Origin: Candidatus Poribacteria bacterium
Lineage (GTDB): Bacteria; Poribacteria; WGA-4E; WGA-3G
Direction: 5' to 3'
Assembly (NCBI GenBank): GCA_965198235.1
Contig: OZ240248.1
Location: 32,001-96,000 of the forward strand
Length of the DNA: 64,000 bases
This document shows positions 49,632-60,320 of this stretch, piece by piece. Positions within the stretch are counted from its first letter, which is position 1, and each line of letters begins with the position of its first letter. Position numbers and translations under genes: made by a program. Below the pieces are notes generated by a model, which saw only the letters and a list, made by a program, of their open reading frames with translations, was not told where the DNA came from and did no database searches.

Positions 49632-50169
49632 ATCCGTTCTGATCTCTGAATCCTGCCTTCAGAACCGCATTCGCGAACTCGGCACGCAAATATTCACTGA
49701 CTATGAGAACAAGGAGTTGGTCCTGCTTGGTGTCCTTAGGGGCAGCGTCCTCTTTTTTGCGGATCTTGCACGTGCCATCTTTAAGGCGCAGCATGAAAGT
49801 CAAACGAAAGAAGTCGCACTTCGCTTTGAGTTCGTGCAACTCGTGAGTTACCACGATAGTATGCAGCCTTCGACAGTACAGCTCATCCGTGGCGGCAGCG
49901 ATTATCTCAAACAGCGACATGTCCTCATCGTGGAAGATATTGTTGATACCGGACGGACTTTAAATTTTCTCTGTGAACACCTTCAAACATTGAACCCGAA
50001 AACCGTTAAAGTCTGTACACTACTTGATAAACCTTCTCAGCGTCAAGTGTCTGTTGCTGTTGATTATATCGGTTTTGAAATTCCTGATACTTTCGTCGTT
50101 GGGTATGGGCTTGACTATGCACAGCAGTATCGAAATTTACCCTACGTTGCTGTTTTGGAGTCAATTTAA
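49606..50169 (+). CDS. hpt: Hypoxanthine phosphoribosyltransferase
   Basis: VLRGSVLFFADL, VLIVEDIVDTGRTL, FVVGYGLDY..YRNLP; conserved tilS-hpt order. Confidence 0.95.
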   Translation: MSVTKPFPESVLISESCLQNRIRELGTQIFTDYENKELVLLGVLRGSVLFFADLARAIFKAQHESQTKEVALRFEFVQLVSYHDSMQPSTVQLIRGGSDYLKQRHVLIVEDIVDTGRTLNFLCEHLQTLNPKTVKVCTLLDKPSQRQVSVAVDYIGFEIPDTFVVGYGLDYAQQYRNLPYVAVLESI

Positions 50170-50300
50170 GTGCTTTTGGCACAGAATCAGGGCTGTACCG
50201 GCGTAAAATTCAGTGCAAAACGTATTTTTCATTTTTTCTTGACAATAAATTACATATTTAGTAGGATATCTGAAGTTATTATCTTGAAAGGAGATTCATA

Positions 50301-51083
50301 ATGCGTAAATTTGTTTCGCTTGGCCTCTGTGGCGTTTTGATTGTAGGGTTTATCCTTCTAACACAAGCCCAAATGTCAGACAAAGCGCAATTGGGGCGCG
50401 AACTTTTTCACGATCCAACTTTTAAGGGAACGATTAAACCCGGTAATAGATCAGGCTACGCAACTGGGCTTTCCTGCGCAAACTGCCATGCGGATTTCGA
50501 TGACACCGCAAATCCAGACGGTCTGCTCCGAGCAGGACACAGTGTTGTGGGTGTCCCGCACCGCGGAGAAGCAAAAGGCGGGATGATCAAGGGCGCGGAT
50601 TTCGCACGCGCAGCTGGCGGTGGTGGTTTCTGTTATGAGCACTTCTTACAGAGGGTACCAGGTGATAAAGTGAATCCCACTGCAATTCCAGCAGAGCATG
50701 CCGAAGCACTCATGGCTTATTTTGAGGCTATCTCTGGGGACAACAAAGGACCCGAATTTGAAATCGCAATGCTGGATGACGATGCGAAAAAGGCAGCAGG
50801 TGAGAAAATCGGTGCTATGAGTGGTGATTCAAGCAACGGATGGAAACTTTTCGGACGCGCATGCATTGTCTGCCATCCAGGAGCCAATAAAGCAGGTGTC
50901 GGTCCACAACTCGTCCGCTCCAGAGCCCCTCGCGATATTGATAAAACAATGGTGCGTTGGGCTACCAAAGTTCGAGGTGGTGGGTCTCTTATGCCGTTCT
51001 ATGCACCTGACATCCTTAGTGACCAGGACATCGCTGATATTCTCGCATTCCTGCGCCAAGAAATAGAAAGCACAAAGAAATAG
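50301..51083 (+). CDS. Periplasmic di-heme cytochrome c
   Basis: Signal peptide; CANCH and CIVCH; distal Met in LMPFY. Confidence 0.88.
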   Translation: MRKFVSLGLCGVLIVGFILLTQAQMSDKAQLGRELFHDPTFKGTIKPGNRSGYATGLSCANCHADFDDTANPDGLLRAGHSVVGVPHRGEAKGGMIKGADFARAAGGGGFCYEHFLQRVPGDKVNPTAIPAEHAEALMAYFEAISGDNKGPEFEIAMLDDDAKKAAGEKIGAMSGDSSNGWKLFGRACIVCHPGANKAGVGPQLVRSRAPRDIDKTMVRWATKVRGGGSLMPFYAPDILSDQDIADILAFLRQEIESTKK

Positions 51084-51094
51084 ACAATCGGTCA

Positions 51095-51132
51095 GGCTGG
51101 GATAATCCTTCCCAGCCGCACTTTCTATTTCT
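51095..51132 (+). terminator. Probable terminator
   Basis: GGCTGGGA/TCCCAGCC stem followed by T-rich tail. Confidence 0.55.
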
Positions 51133-51259
51133 GAATCTGTTTGATTTTTTGTAACCAACTCTCTTCGCTATTCGTTTGTTTCAAACAAAATAGTAGTCGT
51201 GTTAGTCCTAAAACGTATAAGCGTTTTGGCTGATCTAAATATGAAGAGAGGATGGTGTC

Positions 51260-51790
51260 ATGAGAGGATTTCGATTCCTTACAATATCTTTTTACATTCT
51301 CCTGGTAGGTTTCGTATTAAGTTTCGTGAGCTGTGGTGGGAGCAACCTAAACAACCCTGTATCAGAAGGGGATGCAACCGCTGAGGGTAGTGAAAGTACC
51401 GACGGTGTCGTTGAACTTTCACAAAACCTGGACGCTGAGGAGACGACGGGGCAGATTGCCAATCTTGACGTAAAAGTCACCGTTACGAAGAAAACGGTGG
51501 AACCTGGTGAAGAGGTGGAACTGGCTGCTTCCGTCAAAGGAGTTAGAGGTACCAGTGTCACGTTGAACTGGCTGAATATTACAAAACATGGGAAGCTTTC
51601 TGCCTCCAGCGAAAATCCAATTACTTGGACTGCTCCCCAAACATTAAATGGAGAGAACGTTCAAGTTGAAGTCATCCAACTTATTGTGACTGTGATTAGT
51701 GAGGTTGTTTCAGTCGGTGCCTCTGGAATTGATACTGATACCCAAATTTTTTCGGAAACGAAAACGGTTTTACTAACCGTTAGAGATTAG
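51260..51790 (+). CDS. Hypothetical lipoprotein with Ig/PKD-like domain
   Basis: Lipobox FVSC; VEPGEEVELAAS...ITWTAP beta pattern; RBS GAGG. Confidence 0.75.
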   Translation: MRGFRFLTISFYILLVGFVLSFVSCGGSNLNNPVSEGDATAEGSESTDGVVELSQNLDAEETTGQIANLDVKVTVTKKTVEPGEEVELAASVKGVRGTSVTLNWLNITKHGKLSASSENPITWTAPQTLNGENVQVEVIQLIVTVISEVVSVGASGIDTDTQIFSETKTVLLTVRD

Positions 51791-51891
51791 TTCGTAGAAG
51801 CAAAGTCTGTCCTAACAAGCGATAATGGTATTCGGTTCGTTTGGTATGCCGACAGAGTTTGTCTTCGCTTTGCATTGTCTTAGGGTATCAA

Positions 51892-52674
51892 ATGAAGAGA
51901 AAATTGATTCGTATTTTTATAGTTGTTATATCTGTGGTGACAATCTTTGGGGGGGAACTCAACGCTCGTGGGCACCAACATCTGGTCCAAAAAGGCGATA
52001 CGTTGTGGGGGCTTTCTCGGAAATACAAAGTACCTCTCAAATCGATTATCCGAGCTAACAGCATTCAGCCAACGAAACGGTTACAGATCGGAGAAAAACT
52101 CTTAATTCCTGGAGCCCCCGTTGAAGGAATTTGGTATCGGGTTAAAGCTGGGGATACGCTGTCTGGTATTGCGAGTCGTCATAATGTCAACTGGCAAGAC
52201 CTTCAGCGAATTAATGGTATCTCTTCGCCTCGCACCCTCCAGATTGGCACCAGAATTCGTATTCAACGAGATGACAGTCTCCGTTTTGGAAATCCGCTTC
52301 GGGTCCCTTTAGTTGTAACCTCAAAGTATGGTTATCGGCCTCACCCTGTGACTCGCCGCTACCAGCGCCATGAAGGTATAGATTTCCGTGCCTCCACTGG
52401 TACCCGCGTTTATGCTTCACGAGCAGGTCGGGTTATCTTTGCTGGATGGAGAGGTGGTTACGGTAAGATCGTAGGTATCGAACACGGGGACGATTTTACG
52501 ACATGGTATGGACACTTGTCACGTATTAGAGTGAGGGTTGGGCAAACTGTCAGAAAAGGAAAGGTAATTGGGCTTTCCGGGAACACGGGTATTTCAACAG
52601 GACCCCATTTACATTTTGAAATTAGGTACAAAGACAGAAGTGAAAATCCAACGAATCACATTACTATACCATAA
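51892..52674 (+). CDS. LysM x2 + M23 metallopeptidase
   Basis: VQKGDTLW, VKAGDTLS LysM; HEGIDF, YGHL, TGPHLHFE. Confidence 0.93.
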   Translation: MKRKLIRIFIVVISVVTIFGGELNARGHQHLVQKGDTLWGLSRKYKVPLKSIIRANSIQPTKRLQIGEKLLIPGAPVEGIWYRVKAGDTLSGIASRHNVNWQDLQRINGISSPRTLQIGTRIRIQRDDSLRFGNPLRVPLVVTSKYGYRPHPVTRRYQRHEGIDFRASTGTRVYASRAGRVIFAGWRGGYGKIVGIEHGDDFTTWYGHLSRIRVRVGQTVRKGKVIGLSGNTGISTGPHLHFEIRYKDRSENPTNHITIP

Positions 52675-54115
52675 ACAGGGTTTGCTACTTGTAGCAATTG
52701 TTTTTCTCTTATTAGCGTACTTTCTCGGTCAAGAAAGCACATTATCAGACCCTCTTAACCTGAGACCCGAAGTCGGCACGCGTGGACTTGGGTTGAGCGG
52801 CGCGTTTATTAGCAGCGCAGATGACGCGACAAGTCCCCTCTGGAATCCTGCGGGACTTGCCGCGTTGCAGCGTGGAAACCTGATTTACGACCTATCCCAA
52901 GGCGCTGTCTCCATCGCTTATCCTATCAAATATATTGGCACATTTGGTGTAAATTTCCTTGATTTAAATCGCAGCGATCGATTTCTCGTAGAACATACGG
53001 CGAACCCGATTGGTAGTTTCGAACTCGGCAATAACCAAGCACTTTTCTCTTATGCAAGGAAGTTCGGAACTTTTCAACTGGGTGCCAGCACAGGGTATAG
53101 TCGGGCACCTTATTACGGTAGCCTCTGGGCACAAAATTATGATGTGGGTGTGCTCACAGAGCTTAACCCTTACCTTGCTGTGGGGATGCGGTTACGCGAC
53201 ATTGCTGGGGTAACCATTCGACATAGAGATGGGCAGGTGTTACAAACCTTCGATCAGCAACTTGCCCTCGGCGCAGTCTTAACGCCTCACCCGATTATCC
53301 GATGGCATAACCGACTCGATATTATCCATCCCTGTTTTGGTACAAGCGTAGAAATCGGAAATAGAACGATCGCTGCTCGCGTCGGATCAATGTTTACCTT
53401 TGGCACCGGAACCCCTTCCCAATCTTGGAGTATAGGGTTTTCATTTAACCAATTAGGAAAGCAGTTCCATTATACATATTTGAATCACGATGATTTCAAG
53501 CATAGACATCTCGCTTCAGTAGGCATGTCTTTTGGCGGCACACAACTTATTTCACAGAAACCTCAAGCCAGCGACACTATCACAACGCAATCAACAGAAA
53601 CGAAATCGGTAACTCAGACGCGACAACCAAAACAAAAAGGTTCAGAATACAAGGCTGCCCAAATCGCACGGGAATACGACATTGATGTAGCACTCATGCT
53701 TGCTATTATTCATACCGAATCTAACTTTAACCCACTCGCCGTGTCGAAGAACGGAGCAGCAGGCTTAATGCAGATAATGCCTGATGCCGGACGAGACCTT
53801 GGGCTCAAGGTGCCGCAGTACAAAAATAGAAGAAAACCGAAACTCGATCCGAACATAGATGAACGATTTGACCCTAACAAGAACTTGCACGCTGGTTTAA
53901 CTTATTTCAAGATGCTTTATAAAAAACATTTGAACAATTTGACTCTGGCACTCGGAGCGTACAACGTCGGTCCCGCTAAGGTGAGAATACGCGGTCCCCT
54001 TATTAGCAGAGGTAAAAGATATGCGAAGAAGGTGATTAACCGTTCCCAATATTACCGTGATAAGGCAACACAAATGGAGATTGATCTTAAGCGGTTAGAA
54101 AGAATTCTGAACTAA
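52640..54115 (+). CDS. PorV/FadL-like beta-barrel fused to lytic transglycosylase (SLT) domain (start uncertain)
   Basis: GTRGLGLSGAF..ADDATSPLWNPAGLA barrel N-motif; C-terminal AIIHTESNFNPLAVS..GAAGLMQIMP..LALGAYNVG. Confidence 0.8.
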   Translation: MKIQRITLLYHKQGLLLVAIVFLLLAYFLGQESTLSDPLNLRPEVGTRGLGLSGAFISSADDATSPLWNPAGLAALQRGNLIYDLSQGAVSIAYPIKYIGTFGVNFLDLNRSDRFLVEHTANPIGSFELGNNQALFSYARKFGTFQLGASTGYSRAPYYGSLWAQNYDVGVLTELNPYLAVGMRLRDIAGVTIRHRDGQVLQTFDQQLALGAVLTPHPIIRWHNRLDIIHPCFGTSVEIGNRTIAARVGSMFTFGTGTPSQSWSIGFSFNQLGKQFHYTYLNHDDFKHRHLASVGMSFGGTQLISQKPQASDTITTQSTETKSVTQTRQPKQKGSEYKAAQIAREYDIDVALMLAIIHTESNFNPLAVSKNGAAGLMQIMPDAGRDLGLKVPQYKNRRKPKLDPNIDERFDPNKNLHAGLTYFKMLYKKHLNNLTLALGAYNVGPAKVRIRGPLISRGKRYAKKVINRSQYYRDKATQMEIDLKRLERILN

Positions 54116-54151
54116 AGAAGGCGCGAAGCGCGCCAACTGCAGGGAGATAGC

Positions 54152-55408
54152 ATGGATAAAATTAGATTGGCAATCGTTGGATGTGGCGGTATGGGACACC
54201 GACACATGTATGGGTTAGCAGAACTTCATCGAGCAGGATGGACGCGGTTTAACCTTGTCGGTGCTTGTGACCCTGTTCTCGCTAACGCCGAGTCGCTCGC
54301 TGCGCAAGCAGAAGAACGTTTCGGTCAGAAACCTGCTGTTGTTGGAAGTCTGGAAGCACTTGCTGAAGTCGGCGTGGATGCTGTGGATGTGACGACTACG
54401 CCACCGTATCATCACACCGTCGCTATTGAAACCCTTGAGCGTGGCTGGCACACTATGGTCGAAAAGCCGATGGGGTTAACCGTTCGAGCGTGTAACCTCA
54501 TTCGCCGTGCCGCCGATGCGTCCGATGCAATTCTCAGCGTCGCGGAGAACTATCGGCGCGATCCGATCAATCGACTTGCGAAGGCACTGCTGAATGCAGA
54601 AGTCATCGGCACACCCCGTTTTCTCATCCACCACGCAATCGGTGGAGCAAACCGTATGACTATCTCCGTCTGGCGACACCAGAAAGACCAAAGTGGTGTA
54701 TTACTCGATGTAGGTGTTCACTATGCTGACATGATGGAGTATCTTCTTGGTGAAATTGACACTGTCTATGCGCAAACACGTCTTCATGAACCTATCCGGC
54801 ATAATCCCGCCGCGGTGACGGGTGAATCCAGTTCTAACCCTGCTGGGGTGTATACGAAATGGCAACGCAAAATGCCTGCTGAATTTGAGGCAACCGCAGA
54901 AGATGCCGCTTATGCAACCTTGACTTTCAAAAACGGCGTTGTCGGGCAATATATTGAGGAACATGCCGCATGGGGACAAGGCGGTTGGCTCCGCCAGATT
55001 CACGGATCCCAAGGCTCTATGACCCTCCCCGGCGACCGAAGCGGCGGACTTATTACCCTCAATATTGATGGGCAGGAAACGATTAACAACGAACGACTTT
55101 TGGAGCTCGTTCCAGACTTTCACTTAGATGCTGTCACAGCAGACCTTTTCGGCGGCGACCGATTGTGGAACTACGCGTTTACGCAAGGTGACGCGAAGAA
55201 TATTGCCATTGAATACGGTGAATTTGCTGAAGCCATTGCTGGCAATCGGACAGTTGAAGTCGATGCCTACCAAGGCACACGCTCCGTCGCTGTCTCTTAC
55301 GCAATTCTTGAGTCCGGTGCAACGGGACAGATCGTTCAAATAGATCAGATGCTGGATGAGTCAATTAATACATACCAGCGTGAAATTGACGACGGGTTAG
55401 GTATCTAA
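54152..55408 (+). CDS. Gfo/Idh/MocA oxidoreductase
   Basis: IVGCGGMG, VEKP, AENYR, DVGVHYAD. Confidence 0.92.
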   Translation: MDKIRLAIVGCGGMGHRHMYGLAELHRAGWTRFNLVGACDPVLANAESLAAQAEERFGQKPAVVGSLEALAEVGVDAVDVTTTPPYHHTVAIETLERGWHTMVEKPMGLTVRACNLIRRAADASDAILSVAENYRRDPINRLAKALLNAEVIGTPRFLIHHAIGGANRMTISVWRHQKDQSGVLLDVGVHYADMMEYLLGEIDTVYAQTRLHEPIRHNPAAVTGESSSNPAGVYTKWQRKMPAEFEATAEDAAYATLTFKNGVVGQYIEEHAAWGQGGWLRQIHGSQGSMTLPGDRSGGLITLNIDGQETINNERLLELVPDFHLDAVTADLFGGDRLWNYAFTQGDAKNIAIEYGEFAEAIAGNRTVEVDAYQGTRSVAVSYAILESGATGQIVQIDQMLDESINTYQREIDDGLGI

Positions 55409-55445
55409 CCGTCTCGCAGTTGTGCGTTGGAGGACAATCCACACA

Positions 55446-56510
55446 ATGACAAGCAAGCAGGAATTCGGCATCGGTTTGATTGGGTTGGGTATCGGACAGC
55501 AGCATCTGCTCGGTTATCAACGCCAAGGTTTACGCGTTGCTGCAATCTGTGACAAAGATGCAGAACGCCTTAACGAGGTTGGAGAACGGTTTCAAATCGA
55601 TAAGCGATATACCCGCATCACCGACCTAATTGCCGATGCTGATGTTGATGTGGTTGACATGGCAGTGCAGCCGTGGATCCGTTCCCCTATCGTCAAAGCC
55701 GCTGCTAAGGCTGGCAAGCATATTCTCTGCCAAAAGCCGTTCTCGATGTCGATGCAACAAGCCGTTGAGATGGTGGAACTCTGTGAGCAACACAACGTGC
55801 AGCTTATGGTGAACCAGAATTCCTACTTTGTTCCGGGTTTCCTCGCTATTGAACCTTACATCAATGCTGAGCACCTTGGCGAAATCTACCATGTCTCAAT
55901 AACCTGCAACGGATTCTATACTGAGTTCCCAGAACGCCACTTGATTCCAGCGATGCAGGTGCATCATATTGGACTCATCTATAAATGGTTCGGTGAATAT
56001 GAGAGCGTTTACTGCCAAGCGCACGGACATAACCGCTCTATTGAGGACGGAGAAACCGTTTCGCTCGCGCTTTTCAAGAGTCGGAACGGCATACAGGGGT
56101 TGCTTTCGTGTAACTGGGCGTTCCTCGCCAATCCCGGACGCAATTTACAAAATCCGCACGAGGAAATCCGCATCCAAGGCACTAAAGGGGCGATCTACGG
56201 AAACAGCGATGACATGACCGTTCACCTCACGGAGCCGGAAGTACGTGAAATTAAACCCTCGATAGAGGGGACGTGGTTTCCAGATGCCTTTGGAAACGTC
56301 ATGGCGCACTTTTTGGAATGTCTACGTACCGGAGAAAAGCCTATCACTCATGGACGCGGCAATCTGCACATCGTCCAAACGCTTTTCGCCATGCACCAGT
56401 CCGCGAGTTCAGGGGAAGTTGTCCTGCTTGACGATATTTCGTTAAGTGGCGACTACGATCTGAACCCTCATCCCGTCCACAACGCGGATGATATTACTAT
56501 TTTGCAGTAA
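55446..56510 (+). CDS. Gfo/Idh/MocA oxidoreductase
   Basis: IGLIGLG, GKHILCQKP, VNQN. Confidence 0.9.
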   Translation: MTSKQEFGIGLIGLGIGQQHLLGYQRQGLRVAAICDKDAERLNEVGERFQIDKRYTRITDLIADADVDVVDMAVQPWIRSPIVKAAAKAGKHILCQKPFSMSMQQAVEMVELCEQHNVQLMVNQNSYFVPGFLAIEPYINAEHLGEIYHVSITCNGFYTEFPERHLIPAMQVHHIGLIYKWFGEYESVYCQAHGHNRSIEDGETVSLALFKSRNGIQGLLSCNWAFLANPGRNLQNPHEEIRIQGTKGAIYGNSDDMTVHLTEPEVREIKPSIEGTWFPDAFGNVMAHFLECLRTGEKPITHGRGNLHIVQTLFAMHQSASSGEVVLLDDISLSGDYDLNPHPVHNADDITILQ

Positions 56511-56592
56511 CACCACCGTAGGCGCACAGTGTCGTTGGGTAAAATCTCAAACTCACCTGCTTTCGCCAGTTTGTTCAAACGGGTTACCCTAT

Positions 56593-57780
56593 CTACCAAT
56601 CCCCTCTCCGGTCATCCCAGAGGTGCGCTTTGACAGCCTCCTCGTTGAGCTCAGTTCCCCACCCCGGACGCGTCGGGATTTTCATGTAACCATCCACAAT
56701 GTCTGGGACATGCGTCGTCAAGTCGTCTTTCCACGGGACATCATCAATATCAATCTCCATGATTCGCACATTGGGCAAGACAGCACAAAGACTCGCGCTC
56801 ATGTGGGTAGCAAGGTGGCTGTAGTAGTTGTGCGGTGCGACATTAAGTTGAAACACGTTCGCCAAGTCACCAATCTTCTTTGATGGTGCGAATCCGTTCC
56901 ACGGCACGTCTATCATGAACACATCGGCAGCACGACATTCAAAATACGGGAGGTATTCGCGCATGTAATAGAGGTTTTCGCCGGTACATATCTTTGTCGT
57001 TGTAGAATCCTTGATTTGCCGGATAGCCTCGTGGTCGTACATGTCGATTTCCAGCCACAGCATGTCGAACTGCTCAAGGACTTTGGCGATACGCATGCAC
57101 GCCTCCGGTTTGAAGTTGAAATTCAGATCGAGGTTGATACTGACATCGGGACCCACGGCTTCTCTGAAAGTGCCTATTAAGGTTTCAATGTGCCGTAAAA
57201 CTTGAGGCGTTACATTCCCGTCGGTAGTACCGGGTCCACCGCCGAAGCCTCCGAAATGGACAGATGCGGAGTCACCGGGAAAAATGACGTTGGTTTTGAG
57301 CGCAGTGAAGCCTCTTTCGACAACTTCACGACCTAATGCGGCGATGTCATCCATGCTTTTTAAGGGCGGCACGCCAATAAGCTCATAGTTGCGTGCCCGG
57401 GAAGAACCACAGTGCGACCAGTAGACACGTACATCATCGCGTGTCGGTCCACCGAACAACTCAACAACCGAAATTCCCAACGCTTTCGCCTTAATGTCTA
57501 CCAGCGCACATTCAATACCGGCGATCGCTTTCGCGGCGATACCCCCAGGACTTTGCCGAGAGCCGCGAATCATGTCCCAAAACCGCATCTCATAAGCGCG
57601 TGGATCTCGTCCAATCAGCAGTGGGGTAAAGTCCTTGATAGTTCCTACGACGCCGTTAGGATTCCTGCCGTCGCTACATTCGCCGTAGCCAGTGACACCT
57701 TCGTCGGTTTCCACTTTCACGAAAGTCCACGGACGCCAACCAGCATCCACAATAAAAGTTTCAATATTTGTAATTTTCAT
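56593..57780 (-). CDS. Mandelate racemase/enolase-superfamily acid-sugar dehydratase-like protein
   Basis: VKVETDEGVTGYGE, ALVDIKAK, GFTALK, CTGE, APHN. Confidence 0.9.
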   Translation of the reverse strand: MKITNIETFIVDAGWRPWTFVKVETDEGVTGYGECSDGRNPNGVVGTIKDFTPLLIGRDPRAYEMRFWDMIRGSRQSPGGIAAKAIAGIECALVDIKAKALGISVVELFGGPTRDDVRVYWSHCGSSRARNYELIGVPPLKSMDDIAALGREVVERGFTALKTNVIFPGDSASVHFGGFGGGPGTTDGNVTPQVLRHIETLIGTFREAVGPDVSINLDLNFNFKPEACMRIAKVLEQFDMLWLEIDMYDHEAIRQIKDSTTTKICTGENLYYMREYLPYFECRAADVFMIDVPWNGFAPSKKIGDLANVFQLNVAPHNYYSHLATHMSASLCAVLPNVRIMEIDIDDVPWKDDLTTHVPDIVDGYMKIPTRPGWGTELNEEAVKAHLWDDRRGDW

Positions 57781-57807
57781 AGCAATCCTCAATTTATTTT
57801 TCTGGTA

Positions 57808-58809
57808 TTACAACTTGACCACTTCTTTACATCGATCTGATTCAAGTAATGCATCACAGACGCGCACCGTGTTTACTGCCACTTCGGGCCACTTTGCCTC
57901 AAGGTTCCCAGATTGCACGATATGAGAGAACCGCTCAATCATTGTGACCTCTTGGATGCATCCCTCGATAGTATTCCGTTCGTTCCCATCTGCTCCATGA
58001 ACCCAAAACCGAGCGGAGTCCTCAGATGTAGGGACAGTGAAATCATCACAAACGATTGACGCACGCGTGCCGGCTACCTCAAACCACTTTCGAAGTCCTG
58101 TATTAAACCCACAATCTAAGGTAGCGATGCGTTCATCACTGAACCAGAGGATACCTGTAAGGTTAAAATCCACTCCGACTTTGTAACGCGCCGTCGCGAA
58201 AACCTGTGTCGGCATCTCCTCAAATGCCCAGAGAATCGCGCGGATACAGTAGTAGCCTAAATCTCCGAGACTTCCACCTGCGAACTCCTTCATCGCGCGG
58301 ATATTCCCGACAGGAATTGTGTCCCAATTGAAAGTAAACGCCGCTGTCACGCGTCGGAGCCGCCCGAGGGTGCTGTCAATTAACTTCTGCTTCATCGCCG
58401 CGGTGCGCTCATGGTGAACCCACATAACACCATCCATGAGCTGCACACCATTTTGGCGACAGGCATCTGCCATTGCAACAGCCTCGTCAGCGTTTGCAGC
58501 GAGCGGTTTCTCACAGAGGACGTGTTTGCCGTGTTCGGCTGCTCTGATTGTCCAGTCGGCGTGGAGTGAGGGAGGTAAGGGAATGTAAATGGCATCGAGT
58601 GAGTCATCAGCGAGAAGTGCGTCGTAGGTGCCGTAAGTCGTAGAGACATTCTGCGCTTGTCCCCACGCAGCAGCACGTTCTTCGGTCCGACTCGCGACCG
58701 CTATTAAGTCAGCATTCCGAGCAAGATGAATCGCGCGGGCAACTTTTGTGGCGATATTTGCTGTGCTGAGGATCCCCCAGCGGACAGGGTGTTTGGCTTC
58801 AGTTGTCAT
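57808..58809 (-). CDS. Gfo/Idh/MocA oxidoreductase
   Basis: RWGILSTANIA, GKHVLCEKP, GGSLGDLGYY. Confidence 0.92.
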   Translation of the reverse strand: MTTEAKHPVRWGILSTANIATKVARAIHLARNADLIAVASRTEERAAAWGQAQNVSTTYGTYDALLADDSLDAIYIPLPPSLHADWTIRAAEHGKHVLCEKPLAANADEAVAMADACRQNGVQLMDGVMWVHHERTAAMKQKLIDSTLGRLRRVTAAFTFNWDTIPVGNIRAMKEFAGGSLGDLGYYCIRAILWAFEEMPTQVFATARYKVGVDFNLTGILWFSDERIATLDCGFNTGLRKWFEVAGTRASIVCDDFTVPTSEDSARFWVHGADGNERNTIEGCIQEVTMIERFSHIVQSGNLEAKWPEVAVNTVRVCDALLESDRCKEVVKL

Positions 58810-59027
58810 ATTGTTTCGTCTGATATGAAGTTGTCTGTTCTGGTGCTTGAATTTACTATAATATACCGCGTAACAGAAAATTAATCAAGCATATAGGAAT
58901 AGAACCGAATCGATTTTATCTTGAATTTCAGCACGAAAATGATATAATTAGAACATTGAAATAATAAGCATTTCGCACGCTGTCAATAGACTGAAGCATA
59001 CACTGCATATGCTATCAAAGGAGTTTT

Positions 59028-60194
59028 ATGAACACTAAAAAATTCCCACTATTCGCATCTCTGTTTGCGATTGTTGGACTAATTGTGGGATTTTCCGCTT
59101 GCGATCGAGTTTCCCGGATTATCCAACCTGCCACACCTCAGATGGCGGAAACCAGTGAAGATATTTCCATCGGTGCCGTCTTACCTTTGACAGGTCGGCT
59201 CAGTGACTCGTTTGGTATCCCAATATCGCGAGGCTTTGAATTGGCACTCGATGAGATTAACGCCGCACAACACAATGGCGCACAACTCAAACTCATCATT
59301 GAAGACGATCAGAGCACGGTAGAAGGCGCAGTTGAGGCTTTTAACAAACTTATTCACCAAGATGGGGTGTCTGTTATTCTCGGACCTGCCACCTCAAGTC
59401 AAACTGAGGAAGGTTTTCCGATTGCACAAGAGAATCAGGTAGTAGCGATAAGCCCGACATCCGCTGCCCGCGGTCTCAGCGCGATTGGCGATTTTGTCTT
59501 TCGCGTCGCGCTTACCACAGATGTACTCACCCCAAGCGGCATTGAAGCAACGCAGACAAAACTCGGTTATCAACAAGCCGCTACGATATATGATAAGGCA
59601 GATCTTTTCGCTACCGATGCCGACGCAGCTGTCCGGGAAGTACTCGCTGCTAAAGGGATTGAAGTGATAGCCACTGAAACCTTCCAAGGTGGCGATACCG
59701 ACTTTTCTGAACAGTTAACCCGAATACAGGCACTGAATCCTGACATCATCTTTGTTTCATCTCTACCACCAGAAAAGCCTGGAATACTAACCCAAGGGCA
59801 TCAACTCGGTATATCTGCCCCTTTTATAGTGCGCACATTAACTGGAGCAGATGTACAAGCCGCAGGCGCAGCTGCTGAAGGAGCGATGACTTTTATAGGA
59901 TGGGGTGCCGCTATTGATACGCCAGAAAATCAGGTATTTGTGCAGAATTATAATGCCAAATTTGGTATGGAACCGAACAACTACGCTGCGCGTTCGTATG
60001 CCACACTGTATATCCTCGCGGAAGCGATCGCGAATGCTCAATCAACAGATGCCGCCGCGATTCGAGACGCACTTGCGAACATCAGCGATTTTGACACAAT
60101 TTTGGGTAAGTTCTCTTTTGATGCTAACGGGGACGCAGTTTACGACGCGAAAGTCTTGATTGTCAAGGATGGCGAATTAGTACTCTTTGAGTAG
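59028..60194 (+). CDS. Branched-chain amino acid (LivJ-type) ABC substrate-binding lipoprotein, stand-alone
   Basis: Lipobox FSAC; IGAVLPLTG, EDDQS, ILGPATS, DFSEQL, GKFSFDANGD. Confidence 0.9.
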   Translation: MNTKKFPLFASLFAIVGLIVGFSACDRVSRIIQPATPQMAETSEDISIGAVLPLTGRLSDSFGIPISRGFELALDEINAAQHNGAQLKLIIEDDQSTVEGAVEAFNKLIHQDGVSVILGPATSSQTEEGFPIAQENQVVAISPTSAARGLSAIGDFVFRVALTTDVLTPSGIEATQTKLGYQQAATIYDKADLFATDADAAVREVLAAKGIEVIATETFQGGDTDFSEQLTRIQALNPDIIFVSSLPPEKPGILTQGHQLGISAPFIVRTLTGADVQAAGAAAEGAMTFIGWGAAIDTPENQVFVQNYNAKFGMEPNNYAARSYATLYILAEAIANAQSTDAAAIRDALANISDFDTILGKFSFDANGDAVYDAKVLIVKDGELVLFE

Positions 60195-60320
60195 TCCACT
60201 GTTGAGTAACACATTAGGACGCACGAACATCTCTGATTTTTGGTGCATCTACTGCTGGTGTACTTTTCAGGAGTGTTCAGTTTTCCGTAAGTCATAGAGG
60301 TCTTTTAGTTCAGAAAAATT

